Made by a program: the position numbers and the translations under genes
Part shown: positions 1 through 8,660 of the stretch, piece by piece
Layout: each line of letters begins with the position of its first letter
How positions within the stretch are numbered: the first letter of the stretch is position 1
Virus record (IMG/VR): IMGVR_UViG_3300013744_000001
Span: 1 to 64,000 of that record
Direction: 5' to 3' (one strand)
DNA: 64,000 bases
Source of the DNA: a virus
The notes under the pieces: generated by a model
Seen by the model: the letters and a program-made list of their open reading frames with translations, nothing else
Databases searched by the model: none
What the model was told of the DNA's origin: nothing

Positions 1-84
1 CAACGAGTATGACAACGAGTATGACAACGAGTATGACAACGAGTATGACAACGAGTATGACAACGAGTATGACAACGAGTATGA
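1..84 (+). repeat. 12-bp tandem repeat (caacgagtatga) x7, coding (NEYD)n
   Basis: Direct reading: seven perfect head-to-tail copies at the window start, in frame 2 encoding NEYD repeats. Confidence 0.9.
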
Positions 85-190
85 CGATGACAAGTTCATC
101 ACAATAACAGTTGGAGGGGCAGTGGTCTATACTGTCGCAGTCATGGTATTTGCTGCGCTTGTGACAGTACTATTACTGGATATCATTTGA
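2..190 (+). CDS. 3' end of a gene truncated by the window edge: (NEYD)n repeat protein with a C-terminal hydrophobic anchor
   Basis: Frame 2 is open from the window edge to TGA at 188..190. The translation ends DDKFITITVGGAVVYTVAVMVFAALVTVLLLDII, a predicted C-terminal TM helix. Confidence 0.4.
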   Translation, partial: NEYDNEYDNEYDNEYDNEYDNEYDNEYDDDKFITITVGGAVVYTVAVMVFAALVTVLLLDII

Positions 191-219
191 CTGCTAACCA
201 AGTAACAAGGAGAAATACA

Positions 220-1044
220 ATGGGCAAAGAGAAAACCATGACAGTCACGGAAGCTGTGACTGTCACAGAAGCGGATAGGATCAAGGCCATTCTTGACATG
301 GCGAAAAGATCTATAACTAGTCTCTACGATGGATTAGTCAAGGACATAGGAGAAACGCGAAGAACAAAGGAAAAGCTCGAAAGCGCCTTGCACGATGCAA
401 CAATGGAAGCAGGTGCAATGATCAATACCATTGTCAAAGGCATTGACAATCATGACAAGGCCAGCATGCTTGCCAACTGGAGAATGCGATTCAAGGAAGA
501 GCAAGAGTCGGTAAAGTCAATGGTCGAAGTGAACGATATCAGCTTCGACAAGACTGGCGAACTGTTCCTGGTCCAATTGGACTTCAATTTGCGAGTGATA
601 GATGCGTCAACAGGCTTGTCAACAATCTTTGACGTTGTTGACAAGGCAAGCTACGTTTATCAAAGGAAGAATGCCTTCGAAGAGAAGTATAAGGACTACA
701 TTCCTTTGGCGGCAAAGATTGACAATCTGTCGAACGAGTTGAACGAGGTCAATTCTCGATTGAATCGAAGCCGAAGAGACTTGGCGTACCTCGATGATAT
801 CAATAACTATCTGTTCGGTGGCTTCGATGTCCCAACATTAGCCAATCCTTCCTCCATAGTCGAGAAGATGCGTATCGTCAATATCGACATGGCATCACAG
901 GATCGGTCTGTCCCTTTGACATTGGTCAACAATCCTTCCTCGATAGCCAGCAGAATACGCTCTATCGAGATAGGCATGACGCCACAGGATCGCTTTTTCC
1001 TCATGGCGGCTCTGGTCATTGTGACGGTCACAAGGGAAAGATAA
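220..1044 (+). CDS. hypothetical protein (coiled-coil rich)
   Basis: ATG at 220 follows AAGGAG (208..213). The ORF track shows a 285-aa frame. No recognisable motifs. Confidence 0.5.
   Translation: MGKEKTMTVTEAVTVTEADRIKAILDMAKRSITSLYDGLVKDIGETRRTKEKLESALHDATMEAGAMINTIVKGIDNHDKASMLANWRMRFKEEQESVKSMVEVNDISFDKTGELFLVQLDFNLRVIDASTGLSTIFDVVDKASYVYQRKNAFEEKYKDYIPLAAKIDNLSNELNEVNSRLNRSRRDLAYLDDINNYLFGGFDVPTLANPSSIVEKMRIVNIDMASQDRSVPLTLVNNPSSIASRIRSIEIGMTPQDRFFLMAALVIVTVTRER
255..267 (+). promoter_or_regulatory. palindromic site TGTGACtGTCACA (copy 1 of 3)
   Basis: 13-bp palindrome with half-sites TGTGAC/GTCACA, lying 35 nt into the 220..1044 CDS. Related copies are at 1020..1032 and 1974..1986. 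Confidence 0.3.
1020..1032 (+). promoter_or_regulatory. palindromic site TGTGACgGTCACA (copy 2 of 3)
   Basis: Perfect palindrome at the 3' end of the 220..1044 CDS, upstream of the 1160 gene. Confidence 0.3.
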
Positions 1045-1045
1045 G

Positions 1046-1066
1046 GCAAGACTTGTTGTGTCTTGC
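1046..1066 (+). terminator. short hairpin downstream of 220..1044
   Basis: gcaagac-ttgttgt-gtcttgc inverted repeat immediately after the stop codon. No strong T-run follows. Confidence 0.3.
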
Positions 1067-1077
1067 AAATTCAGTTT

Positions 1078-1121
1078 CACGCTACACAAAGTCTGTTGTG
1101 GAGCGTAGACGCTACACAAAG
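1078..1121 (+). repeat. direct repeat acgctacacaaag x2 flanking a partial inverted copy
   Basis: The 13-mer appears at 1079..1091 and again at 1109..1121, with ttgtggagcgtag between them. The repeat is intergenic, upstream of the 1160 gene. Confidence 0.6.
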
Positions 1122-1159
1122 CAAACATAAGAACAATCACACGTACAAGGAGAAACACC

Positions 1160-1867
1160 ATGGGAGCAAGCAAGGAAACTATCAGGAAGCAGAACGATAA
1201 GACAAGGAAGAACTGGTATGAGTATATTACCAGGGAATCTTCCTCCATTCTGACAAACTTGCGACTCGATCTGGAGGCGAAGTTGGCATATGCCAAGCAG
1301 AGGCGCAATGGGTGGATTCGTGAGTATCACGCAGTTGAAGATCGATTGATCAGAACCAGAGAATACCTGAAGGAACGAGAGCCTGGCTTTGAGGAAGAGT
1401 ACAGCAAAGCAAAGGAACATCTCGACAACGCTTTGAATGTTCTTGTGATGAAACGATATGAAATACAGGAGAGAATTCAGAAGAACAAAGGCAAAGCCAC
1501 AAAGTATCAGGAGTCAGTCAATGCTTTGACTGACTTTACTGCTGAAAAGCGCATAATGAATAGGCTTACAACGAGGGATTACGGTTTCATTAACAACACT
1601 AATGTTTTGAACGAGGCACACAAGCAGGTAGAAGAGCAGGAGTCGAAGATACGGACTCTTGATCTTTGGCTGGAAAGGACATGGGTCTTGACCGACTATC
1701 TTCAAGGTAGAACCAGGCTTGCATTGGACGATGCCTTGACCAGGATCATTGACTTTGAAAAGGAATCGATGATCGACGACAGAGGGTGCCTTGTCCTGTT
1801 GGTTATGATGCTCTTTGTCCATGACAAATACACGGAGGAGGAAAAGGCAATTGAAAAAATAGGTTGA
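1160..1867 (+). CDS. hypothetical protein
   Basis: ATG is preceded by caAGGAGaaacacc. 235-aa ORF with no recognisable motif. Confidence 0.55.
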   Translation: MGASKETIRKQNDKTRKNWYEYITRESSSILTNLRLDLEAKLAYAKQRRNGWIREYHAVEDRLIRTREYLKEREPGFEEEYSKAKEHLDNALNVLVMKRYEIQERIQKNKGKATKYQESVNALTDFTAEKRIMNRLTTRDYGFINNTNVLNEAHKQVEEQESKIRTLDLWLERTWVLTDYLQGRTRLALDDALTRIIDFEKESMIDDRGCLVLLVMMLFVHDKYTEEEKAIEKIG

Positions 1868-1892
1868 CAAAAAGTTGTAAACATGTTATAAT
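1864..1892 (+). promoter_or_regulatory. sigma70-type promoter (TTGACA-17 bp-TATAAT)
   Basis: Exact consensus -35 at 1864..1869 and -10 at 1887..1892 with a 17-bp spacer, in the gap before the 2021 gene. Confidence 0.65.
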
Positions 1893-1973
1893 ACAAGCAC
1901 AAAAATGAGGAAAGACCTGGTCTAAGGTATGGTGCCATGGGCCAGGCAACAAAAACAAGGCTGGTGGATACTT

Positions 1974-1986
1974 TGTGACGGTCACA
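1974..1986 (+). promoter_or_regulatory. palindromic site TGTGACgGTCACA (copy 3 of 3), operator-like
   Basis: Perfect 13-bp palindrome between the consensus promoter and the RBS of the 2021 gene. Confidence 0.45.
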
Positions 1987-2020
1987 AGCTAAAATCAGCC
2001 ACAAGGCAAAGGAGATTGCC

Positions 2021-3970
2021 ATGCAGACCACCATTACAATTAACGAACAAGGTTTCTTTCCGTCGTTCCAAGGTAATATTACAGCACAGGATATCCTTGA
2101 TCATAATCCTGTGTTGAAGGATATGATCAAAAACCAGGCAACGTTCACATTGCCTGTGCAGATATCTGCGTTGCCGGGCTTCTTGGCTGATATGTTTAAC
2201 TACATTAACAGCCAGGAATCATACAAAAACCCAAGGCACAGTCTGTACCGTCACTTCCTTAACGACATCAACATCGAGCGGCATTGCCGTACGGTTATTG
2301 GTGAGGAAGTAAGGGAGACTCTGACCAAAGCCTTGGTTGGTTCGCTCGTCATGCAGGACCAGGAACAAACCAGGGACTGGACCTACGAAGACTACCTTTC
2401 GTTTTTCCAGAAAGGTTTCGTCAGCACATATAAATTTACGCACTTGATGCCTAGCAAGTACGACAGTACAAGGATTGCCGCGTTGACTAAGGTGCAGGTG
2501 CTGCAGTCTTTGTACATTGTTATTGCATCGAGAATCCAAATTCTTGTTCACAATGACTTGGATTGGAGACAGAGTAGAGACGATCTGTATTATACGATCT
2601 GTTATCTTCCTTCCATTCTTTTTCGTGATGGTCTTGGTCGTCAGTTCGGTGCCATCAAGGACGCAATATACACTTCCGGTCTAACTAAGCGGCATATCAT
2701 CAAGCCGGTTAAGTTTCTACGTGCCGCTTTTCCTGCTTTGACAGAGCAGGAAGCTGCACTTGTAGGTCAGACTGTCGCTGATACCTTTCGACAGGAGTTT
2801 TTGAAGAGTATTGAGGCAGTCAAGGTAGCTAACTATCCGTTTGAAATATATACAGGAAGCTACACAAGCTCACTTCGTTCCTGCATGAAGAACAAGGACG
2901 AAGAGATGTTTGAGTTGTACGACGATCTGCCTAATACCAGGATCGCCTATATCACCGATGGTGACGATGGTGGGTGTATTATGGCAAGAGCTCTGCTTCA
3001 CGACGACGTACGCAATGAAGATACAGGCGAAATAATTAAAGTCATGGATCGCATTTATGCTGAAGACGGCGATTGCGAAGCCATGATGATCAACTATGCT
3101 AAAGCGCATGGTTACTATCGCAAGATCAGGCAGGCGCTGAATGTAAACAGGTACGTCGCACCGGACATGAAACCGGGCGATGACTATGTGGATCTGGAAA
3201 GAATGTCCATTGCCGCGCCACATTGTAAACCTGACACGTACAGTCTCGTACCGTACATCGACACGTTCAACGAGTACGCGACAGCTACGCCAGGGAGACT
3301 GTACAGTTCCTTGACGGACGAACAAAGAGAAAATGGTCGTTGCTTTACGTTGTGCAACGAGGACGGAGAAGTGGAAGGATTTACGATGAAGACAGAGAAA
3401 TGCATACATTGTAATTGCACTATCAACGTCAACGATCCCGAGTCGTATTTCCTCATTGAAGATAACGACTACGTTTGCAACAATTGCTTTGAGGACAAAT
3501 ATTTTCGATGTGATTGTTGTGATCAACATTTTTGTAAAGACGATACAGTAATCCACAAGACACCGGACGGTGACACTGTATGTGAAAGTTGTTTCAGCGA
3601 CAAATGGTGTACGTGTGATGCATGCGGTGATGTCATTTCACGTAACGACGCAAATTTTGTTAGTGTAATCAACGATTCCGACGAGTGCTATTGTAAGGAT
3701 TGTTATGACAGTCTTGTCGAAGACAATGAGATTGTCGAGACAATGTCAGGCAACGTAGTTTATATCAATGATGCTGAAAAGATCAACGAAGGTACAGACG
3801 ACGAAGGCTACGAGATTCTGTTGAAATTCTCGAGAATGAATATCAGATTCTGCGAGACTTGCTTACGATTCTTTACACGAGAACATATGTCAGCGGACGA
3901 TGACTTCCGTTGGACGTGTTGTCATTGTCAAAAGAGCAAAGAACAAAAGAGCGAAGAACAAAACAACTAA
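2021..3970 (+). CDS. hypothetical protein with a C-terminal array of CxxC zinc-ribbon-like motifs
   Basis: RBS aAAGGAGattgcc precedes the ATG. The C-terminal ~250 aa carry at least 7 CxxC pairs (CIHCNC, CNNCF, CDCCD, CESCF, CDACG, CKDCY, CETCL, CCHCQ). Confidence 0.55.
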   Translation: MQTTITINEQGFFPSFQGNITAQDILDHNPVLKDMIKNQATFTLPVQISALPGFLADMFNYINSQESYKNPRHSLYRHFLNDINIERHCRTVIGEEVRETLTKALVGSLVMQDQEQTRDWTYEDYLSFFQKGFVSTYKFTHLMPSKYDSTRIAALTKVQVLQSLYIVIASRIQILVHNDLDWRQSRDDLYYTICYLPSILFRDGLGRQFGAIKDAIYTSGLTKRHIIKPVKFLRAAFPALTEQEAALVGQTVADTFRQEFLKSIEAVKVANYPFEIYTGSYTSSLRSCMKNKDEEMFELYDDLPNTRIAYITDGDDGGCIMARALLHDDVRNEDTGEIIKVMDRIYAEDGDCEAMMINYAKAHGYYRKIRQALNVNRYVAPDMKPGDDYVDLERMSIAAPHCKPDTYSLVPYIDTFNEYATATPGRLYSSLTDEQRENGRCFTLCNEDGEVEGFTMKTEKCIHCNCTINVNDPESYFLIEDNDYVCNNCFEDKYFRCDCCDQHFCKDDTVIHKTPDGDTVCESCFSDKWCTCDACGDVISRNDANFVSVINDSDECYCKDCYDSLVEDNEIVETMSGNVVYINDAEKINEGTDDEGYEILLKFSRMNIRFCETCLRFFTREHMSADDDFRWTCCHCQKSKEQKSEEQNN

Positions 3971-3988
3971 GGAAGAAGGGGGTATGCC

Positions 3989-4768
3989 ATGGGATGGTAT
4001 TGGGAGATTGTAAAAAACGATGGGCAGCGTTGTCTACACATTGTCGATACGGCAAAGAACACATCTGTCATAGAATTGTTGCCAAAGCAAATAACCACAG
4101 GCGAGTTTATGGACCTTGTCGTTGGCATTGGTGAGAAGACAACAAGCTATGACTATAAAAACATGGTTCGCAGGATAGAGAGATCAAGGAACAGGATCGA
4201 AAATAAATTGTTACTGTGGAACACACAGTTTGAAACATCGTGGGACATAGCACGGGGCCTGTATTATATCCAAAGGAGTCTTTGTCCGAGCAGACTTGTG
4301 AACAGCTATGGACAATATGCGAATGATGACGTAGGTACAAGGTTTGCAGTTGTGTATCTGGACTCGGACGCTAAAACATTCTGGACATTGAGCACAGACG
4401 ATGCACATACCATGTTGTATGACCATTTGTTTGATACTGAAGATGATGACCACATAAGTGATTTGGAGACATTGATGTCAACAATCGCGCGTTTTGCAGA
4501 CAGAGCCTTTGTGTCGATGTTTGAATATATCATGGAGGAACGTTTGAAGAAAGTTGAAAAGATTTTCAAAGAGCAGGGACAGGAGGCCAGCAACGCTGAA
4601 TTGGAAAAATTCATATCGAAGATAACGGTGGAGGAAGTCGTTGCCGGCTTGGATAGCAAGCGATTGAAGGAGAACCCGACGTCATATCGTACATTGCTTC
4701 GCTGCTGGGAGTTGTCATTAAAGCGGTTGCAGGAAGGAAAGAAAACAAGATTGGAGGTAACGCTATGA
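3989..4768 (+). CDS. hypothetical protein (member of a tandem paralog family)
   Basis: Strong RBS (aaggaagaaggggg). The segment AVVYLDSDAKTFWTLSTDDAHTML is shared with the 5536..6339 product. Confidence 0.5.
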   Translation: MGWYWEIVKNDGQRCLHIVDTAKNTSVIELLPKQITTGEFMDLVVGIGEKTTSYDYKNMVRRIERSRNRIENKLLLWNTQFETSWDIARGLYYIQRSLCPSRLVNSYGQYANDDVGTRFAVVYLDSDAKTFWTLSTDDAHTMLYDHLFDTEDDDHISDLETLMSTIARFADRAFVSMFEYIMEERLKKVEKIFKEQGQEASNAELEKFISKITVEEVVAGLDSKRLKENPTSYRTLLRCWELSLKRLQEGKKTRLEVTL

Positions 4769-5478
4769 CACCATATTTTGATGTCAGGTATACAGAACAG
4801 GGTACGAGGATTACGATTGTAGAATCTGTGATCTCCGCGCGTCAGATCAACAGACTGTTACCACATTACATGTCGTTTTGGGAGTTGCAGACTATTATCT
4901 TTGAGATGCTTAAGAAAATCAATGTGAATTACGCATATGAGCGTTGGATCCAGTTCCTTGAATCACGTAGTTTCAAAGATGATATGGTGATAATCGATGG
5001 ATCGAAGGATATGAGTGTGAACCACATGGTACATCAGTTATATCACACACAGGTGAATGAAGATTGTTCATATTTCCTGATCAGCAATGCATCGCCTTAT
5101 ATATGTATCATGGTAAACTATGAGAACCATGATCTTTGGATATTGACCAAGACAAGAGCGGCAGAGCTTGTTAACAACTATCTGATAGACACCGTAACAG
5201 ATCCAAGGAATGCGATTCGAAGTGTATTGACAATGCTCATACATATGACATCGTTTGTATACAAATTCTTCCTTTGTGACCATGTGCTCTACGATGCAGC
5301 GGCGAATGCTGGAAGTACCACTAACGGTTGGACATCGCTTATGCAGAGGATAACAACAGAAGAATTTGTAAGAAATCTACCGATCGAAGGTAAATCGGAG
5401 AAGGAGATAGAGCGCAAACGTCAGGTGTATAAGCGCTGTTGGGATCTCGTGTTACAAAAACGATGGGGTAAAGCATGA
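4765..5478 (+). CDS. hypothetical protein (possible paralog of flanking genes)
   Basis: ATGA overlap with the upstream gene. Weak similarity (ICIMVNYENHDLWILTKTRAAEL) to the shared motif of its neighbours. Confidence 0.45.
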   Translation: MTPYFDVRYTEQGTRITIVESVISARQINRLLPHYMSFWELQTIIFEMLKKINVNYAYERWIQFLESRSFKDDMVIIDGSKDMSVNHMVHQLYHTQVNEDCSYFLISNASPYICIMVNYENHDLWILTKTRAAELVNNYLIDTVTDPRNAIRSVLTMLIHMTSFVYKFFLCDHVLYDAAANAGSTTNGWTSLMQRITTEEFVRNLPIEGKSEKEIERKRQVYKRCWDLVLQKRWGKA

Positions 5479-5535
5479 CGACGACAAATACAATGCACAA
5501 TGCACAGTAATTCAACAAAGATTGGAGGTAGACAA

Positions 5536-6339
5536 ATGCAAGGATATCCGTTCTTTTTACCCAGTCACGCAGATAATTCGATTTTGAGTATAAAGAAGAA
5601 AGAGATTGTAGATTTTGATATATGCATTGAGTCTTTCAAATCGAGTAACTTTTTTATGAGTACACGATATAATAATGTCAGACCAACGAAACCAGGGAGG
5701 AACGACAGAGTATTGCCGTACGAAATGACAGTCGGGCAGTTTATCGAGGCGTTCATTGAGGTATGCAATCAGGGAGGACTGACAAACGCACAGGAGCATG
5801 AACGTTTCATTCGTGTATCTCGTGAATTTCGTTACGATCCCGGAGCGATGGCGTACAACGCACGGTTTAACATAGTAAAGGAAACAGCAAAGAGGCTGTA
5901 TAACAAAGAGATTAATGCACCCGAAGACCAGGCACTTGGTTATCGCAAGACAGACAATCGCAAGACAGACATTGTGGCTGTGTTTTTGGACGATGATTAT
6001 ATGTTTTGGGTGTTGAACAGAGTAGATGCTGTGAGGTTGACAGACGATTTCGTTCTTGCAATAAGCGAGAGATACGATGTGCCTGTATACGATGTGCTCT
6101 ACACGTTGAAATACTATCCGAAGCATGCGTACTATCGTATATTTTACAGCCACGTTGCACCAACGTTGTTGGACTGTGACAAAGATTGTATTCATAATAG
6201 GGAACAGTTCATGAAACCACTTACCATGTCCCAGTTCTTCTGTTCTTTTGCACCGGGCTTGGTACCTGACGAACATCTGGACATGTACAAAGACTGTTGG
6301 CATGTGGCACTTTCAGAATTTTGCAAAGACAGGAGGTAA
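5536..6339 (+). CDS. hypothetical protein (tandem paralog family)
   Basis: ATG at 5536 follows gattGGAGGtagacaa. Contains VAVFLDDDYMFWVLNRVDAVRLTDDFVL, related to the 3989..4768 product. Confidence 0.5.
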   Translation: MQGYPFFLPSHADNSILSIKKKEIVDFDICIESFKSSNFFMSTRYNNVRPTKPGRNDRVLPYEMTVGQFIEAFIEVCNQGGLTNAQEHERFIRVSREFRYDPGAMAYNARFNIVKETAKRLYNKEINAPEDQALGYRKTDNRKTDIVAVFLDDDYMFWVLNRVDAVRLTDDFVLAISERYDVPVYDVLYTLKYYPKHAYYRIFYSHVAPTLLDCDKDCIHNREQFMKPLTMSQFFCSFAPGLVPDEHLDMYKDCWHVALSEFCKDRR

Positions 6340-6345
6340 CAGATC

Positions 6346-7047
6346 ATGAAGGCGAACAAAAAAACACACAAGTTGATGCAGCGGATAAACGAGGAGAAGA
6401 TCAAGTGCGCAGAGATGCTGGGCTTCGAAGAGAAGTTGGCAAAGAAACTGAGCAAGCGACTGGATGAACTGTCTGCATTGAGCAAGGGAAATTTCACCGA
6501 AGACAAGGTGAAAGATTTGAAACTGTATGTCAAGGTGAAGAAGGCGGAGCGGGAGATGTACTTTACCAGGCGGACATTGTGTCTGAACGAACGAGACAGA
6601 GTTGTACAAGATGCGTTGATCAGATTATCGAATACCAGGTTCTCTTTCTCTGAAATGGTTTTCAGACAGGAGCTTGCGGCAGTTGAGCACGAGCTGAAAG
6701 ACGTGGAGAAGAGCATTGAGAAGGTGGTTCCTGAGTATCTGGATGCAAAGCGGAATCTGGAATGGCATGTCGACTGTCAAAAAGAAGTGTCCGAAGTTAC
6801 AGAGGCGTTGAGCCTTGCCAGAGCAAAGGTGACGAAGCTGCGCAGGGAGTCGTCTGCATTGTCGAACTTGCTTGGGCTTGTCAATGACAGCAGCAATGAC
6901 GAACAGACCGATACACAGAGCCTGGCGGAGGATCTGGAATGTGTCTCACCCAGGTTCAGCGGCAAGGAAGCAAAGGATATGTTGTTGCTCGTTTTGGAGC
7001 GAAGGAATAAAGAGAACGACAACAACGAGGAGGCGATGATCATATGA
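6346..7047 (+). CDS. hypothetical coiled-coil protein
   Basis: RBS gacAGGAGGtaacagatc. Charged heptad-like sequence throughout. Confidence 0.5.
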   Translation: MKANKKTHKLMQRINEEKIKCAEMLGFEEKLAKKLSKRLDELSALSKGNFTEDKVKDLKLYVKVKKAEREMYFTRRTLCLNERDRVVQDALIRLSNTRFSFSEMVFRQELAAVEHELKDVEKSIEKVVPEYLDAKRNLEWHVDCQKEVSEVTEALSLARAKVTKLRRESSALSNLLGLVNDSSNDEQTDTQSLAEDLECVSPRFSGKEAKDMLLLVLERRNKENDNNEEAMII

Positions 7048-7835
7048 ACCACACGGACAAAGTTCTTCTGTCGACACTGTACAGAACCTATGCACCATCG
7101 GGCAGCGAAAGAAACATGCGAAGTGTTGTGCGAATCGCCCTTGCAGGTATGCAACAGTATTGTTCGATTTCTCCAGAAGGCGTTGTATACAGATTAGAGC
7201 CTAGTAAACCTCTGGTCTGTGCCCACATGGATCAGATAGGTATAAGTCCTTGTGTGAGAGTCGAGTTCGAGACAAAGGGCGAACCGATCGTCAGAGGATT
7301 CGATGCTGTGGGTAAGCAGACAAATCTTGGGGCTGACGATAAGAACGGTATCTTTATAGCGTTGAAACTTATCCAGTCGTTTGGGAAGGACATTAACTTC
7401 ATCTTCTCTGTGGAGGAAGAGATCGGTGGGGTGTGTCGTGAGTTTTTGCAGGGCTTCTCCGAAGAGAGAACAAACAGTATTCCATACGGTTTAATCTTCG
7501 ACAGAAGGGGCGGAGGCGATGTCATCGGCACAAGTAACGCATACTGCGAAGGGGATTTCGAAGACGCTGTGCTGGATATTGCGGAGAAATTCGGATATAG
7601 AAGGTCGACAGGTACATTTTCTGACTGTGACCATATCTCCGAATTCATTCCGTGTGTGAATCTGTCCTGCGGATATTATAACGCACACGCGGCAAGCGAG
7701 TACACCGTTCTGCCCGAGCTGGAGAATGCTGTGAACCTGGGTCATGCTCTTGTTCGGGGCTTAGGTACGAAGTTCTTCAAGAGACCCGAATCAATGCCTG
7801 CGTCATGGTGGTGGAAGGATGAATACTACGGATGA
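7044..7835 (+). CDS. compact M42/M28-type (clan MH) metallopeptidase homolog
   Basis: Ordered metal-ligand motifs: AHMDQIG (HxD), GADDKNG, SVEEEIGG (EE), YYNAHAASE (terminal His). The protein lacks the usual large insertion domain of M42 enzymes. Confidence 0.5.
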   Translation: MNHTDKVLLSTLYRTYAPSGSERNMRSVVRIALAGMQQYCSISPEGVVYRLEPSKPLVCAHMDQIGISPCVRVEFETKGEPIVRGFDAVGKQTNLGADDKNGIFIALKLIQSFGKDINFIFSVEEEIGGVCREFLQGFSEERTNSIPYGLIFDRRGGGDVIGTSNAYCEGDFEDAVLDIAEKFGYRRSTGTFSDCDHISEFIPCVNLSCGYYNAHAASEYTVLPELENAVNLGHALVRGLGTKFFKRPESMPASWWWKDEYYG

Positions 7836-8232
7836 GTTGGGCAGAGCCGTTGGTGAATTTCTGAATGAGGTACGGACGACGACCGAGCTTGAGACTAGGC
7901 TGATGAAGACCATGTCCTTTGACGATCTCTGTACATTGCATGGCCTCATGTGCAGAGCAACAAAGCTGATCTGTTCGGCAAGGAATCTGTCCGGAGGAGC
8001 GATGCTGAAGAGCATTCGTCACGGCAGTAAGCTGACAGCAAAGGAGGCGAGCGACGCCTGCAAAACATCAAGGTTAAATTACCTGGCCTTCGAGCGGGGC
8101 AGGTACAATATCACAAGGGCGCGGATGGACAGGATGACAGAGCTTATTTTGAAAACGGCAAGCAACAAGGACAAGGACAAGGACGAAGACACAATTACAA
8201 CCACACAATCAGGAGGAAAGAACGATGCTTGA
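7819..8232 (+). CDS. hypothetical protein
   Basis: RBS ggtggaagg precedes the ATG. 137-aa ORF ending in a KDKDKDED low-complexity tail. Confidence 0.45.
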   Translation: MNTTDELGRAVGEFLNEVRTTTELETRLMKTMSFDDLCTLHGLMCRATKLICSARNLSGGAMLKSIRHGSKLTAKEASDACKTSRLNYLAFERGRYNITRARMDRMTELILKTASNKDKDKDEDTITTTQSGGKNDA

Positions 8233-8626
8233 GATAATCATTCATGATAAACGCTATACTAAGGCAAAGCGTTTTGGGTTCACTCTGTCAAGTGCGAAGA
8301 GCCTGGTATCAAACGGCCATTGGGTGGAGACCGAAGGTGCAAATGATGTCTTTCCGTTTGATGTACTGGACATAGTTTTACAACTTGCTACCCGAAAGTT
8401 GTATGGCAAGACTGCGTTCTTTCATCATGGTGAAAAGAGGTGGACATCGGGGCAGGTGCTCAAATCTGTCGACAAAGGTACGCTCAACATCGCTATTACA
8501 GGTGATGTTGATGTGACATATATCATTCGTTCTCGTCGGGTCAATGTCAAAGACGCACGTTACGAAGCGGCTTATCTGCTTCGTGATGCAGCCAGTGTAC
8601 TGGGACCGATAGCTGACAAACAGTGA
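8225..8626 (+). CDS. hypothetical protein
   Basis: RBS cAGGAGGaaagaacg. 133-aa ORF. Confidence 0.5.
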   Translation: MLEIIIHDKRYTKAKRFGFTLSSAKSLVSNGHWVETEGANDVFPFDVLDIVLQLATRKLYGKTAFFHHGEKRWTSGQVLKSVDKGTLNIAITGDVDVTYIIRSRRVNVKDARYEAAYLLRDAASVLGPIADKQ

Positions 8627-8660
8627 TCAACAAACAGTGAATCTACAGGAGGAACAAACA

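Noticed and set aside
1-84. Possible CRISPR array (short perfect repeats). The same question arises for the 9-bp repeats at 52311..52400.
   Set aside because: Both are head-to-tail tandem repeats with no spacers. Both lie inside coding frames, encoding NEYD and PAQ peptide repeats.
5557-6303. 248-aa minus-strand ORF
   Set aside because: Fully antisense to the 5536..6339 gene, which has the RBS and belongs to the paralog family.
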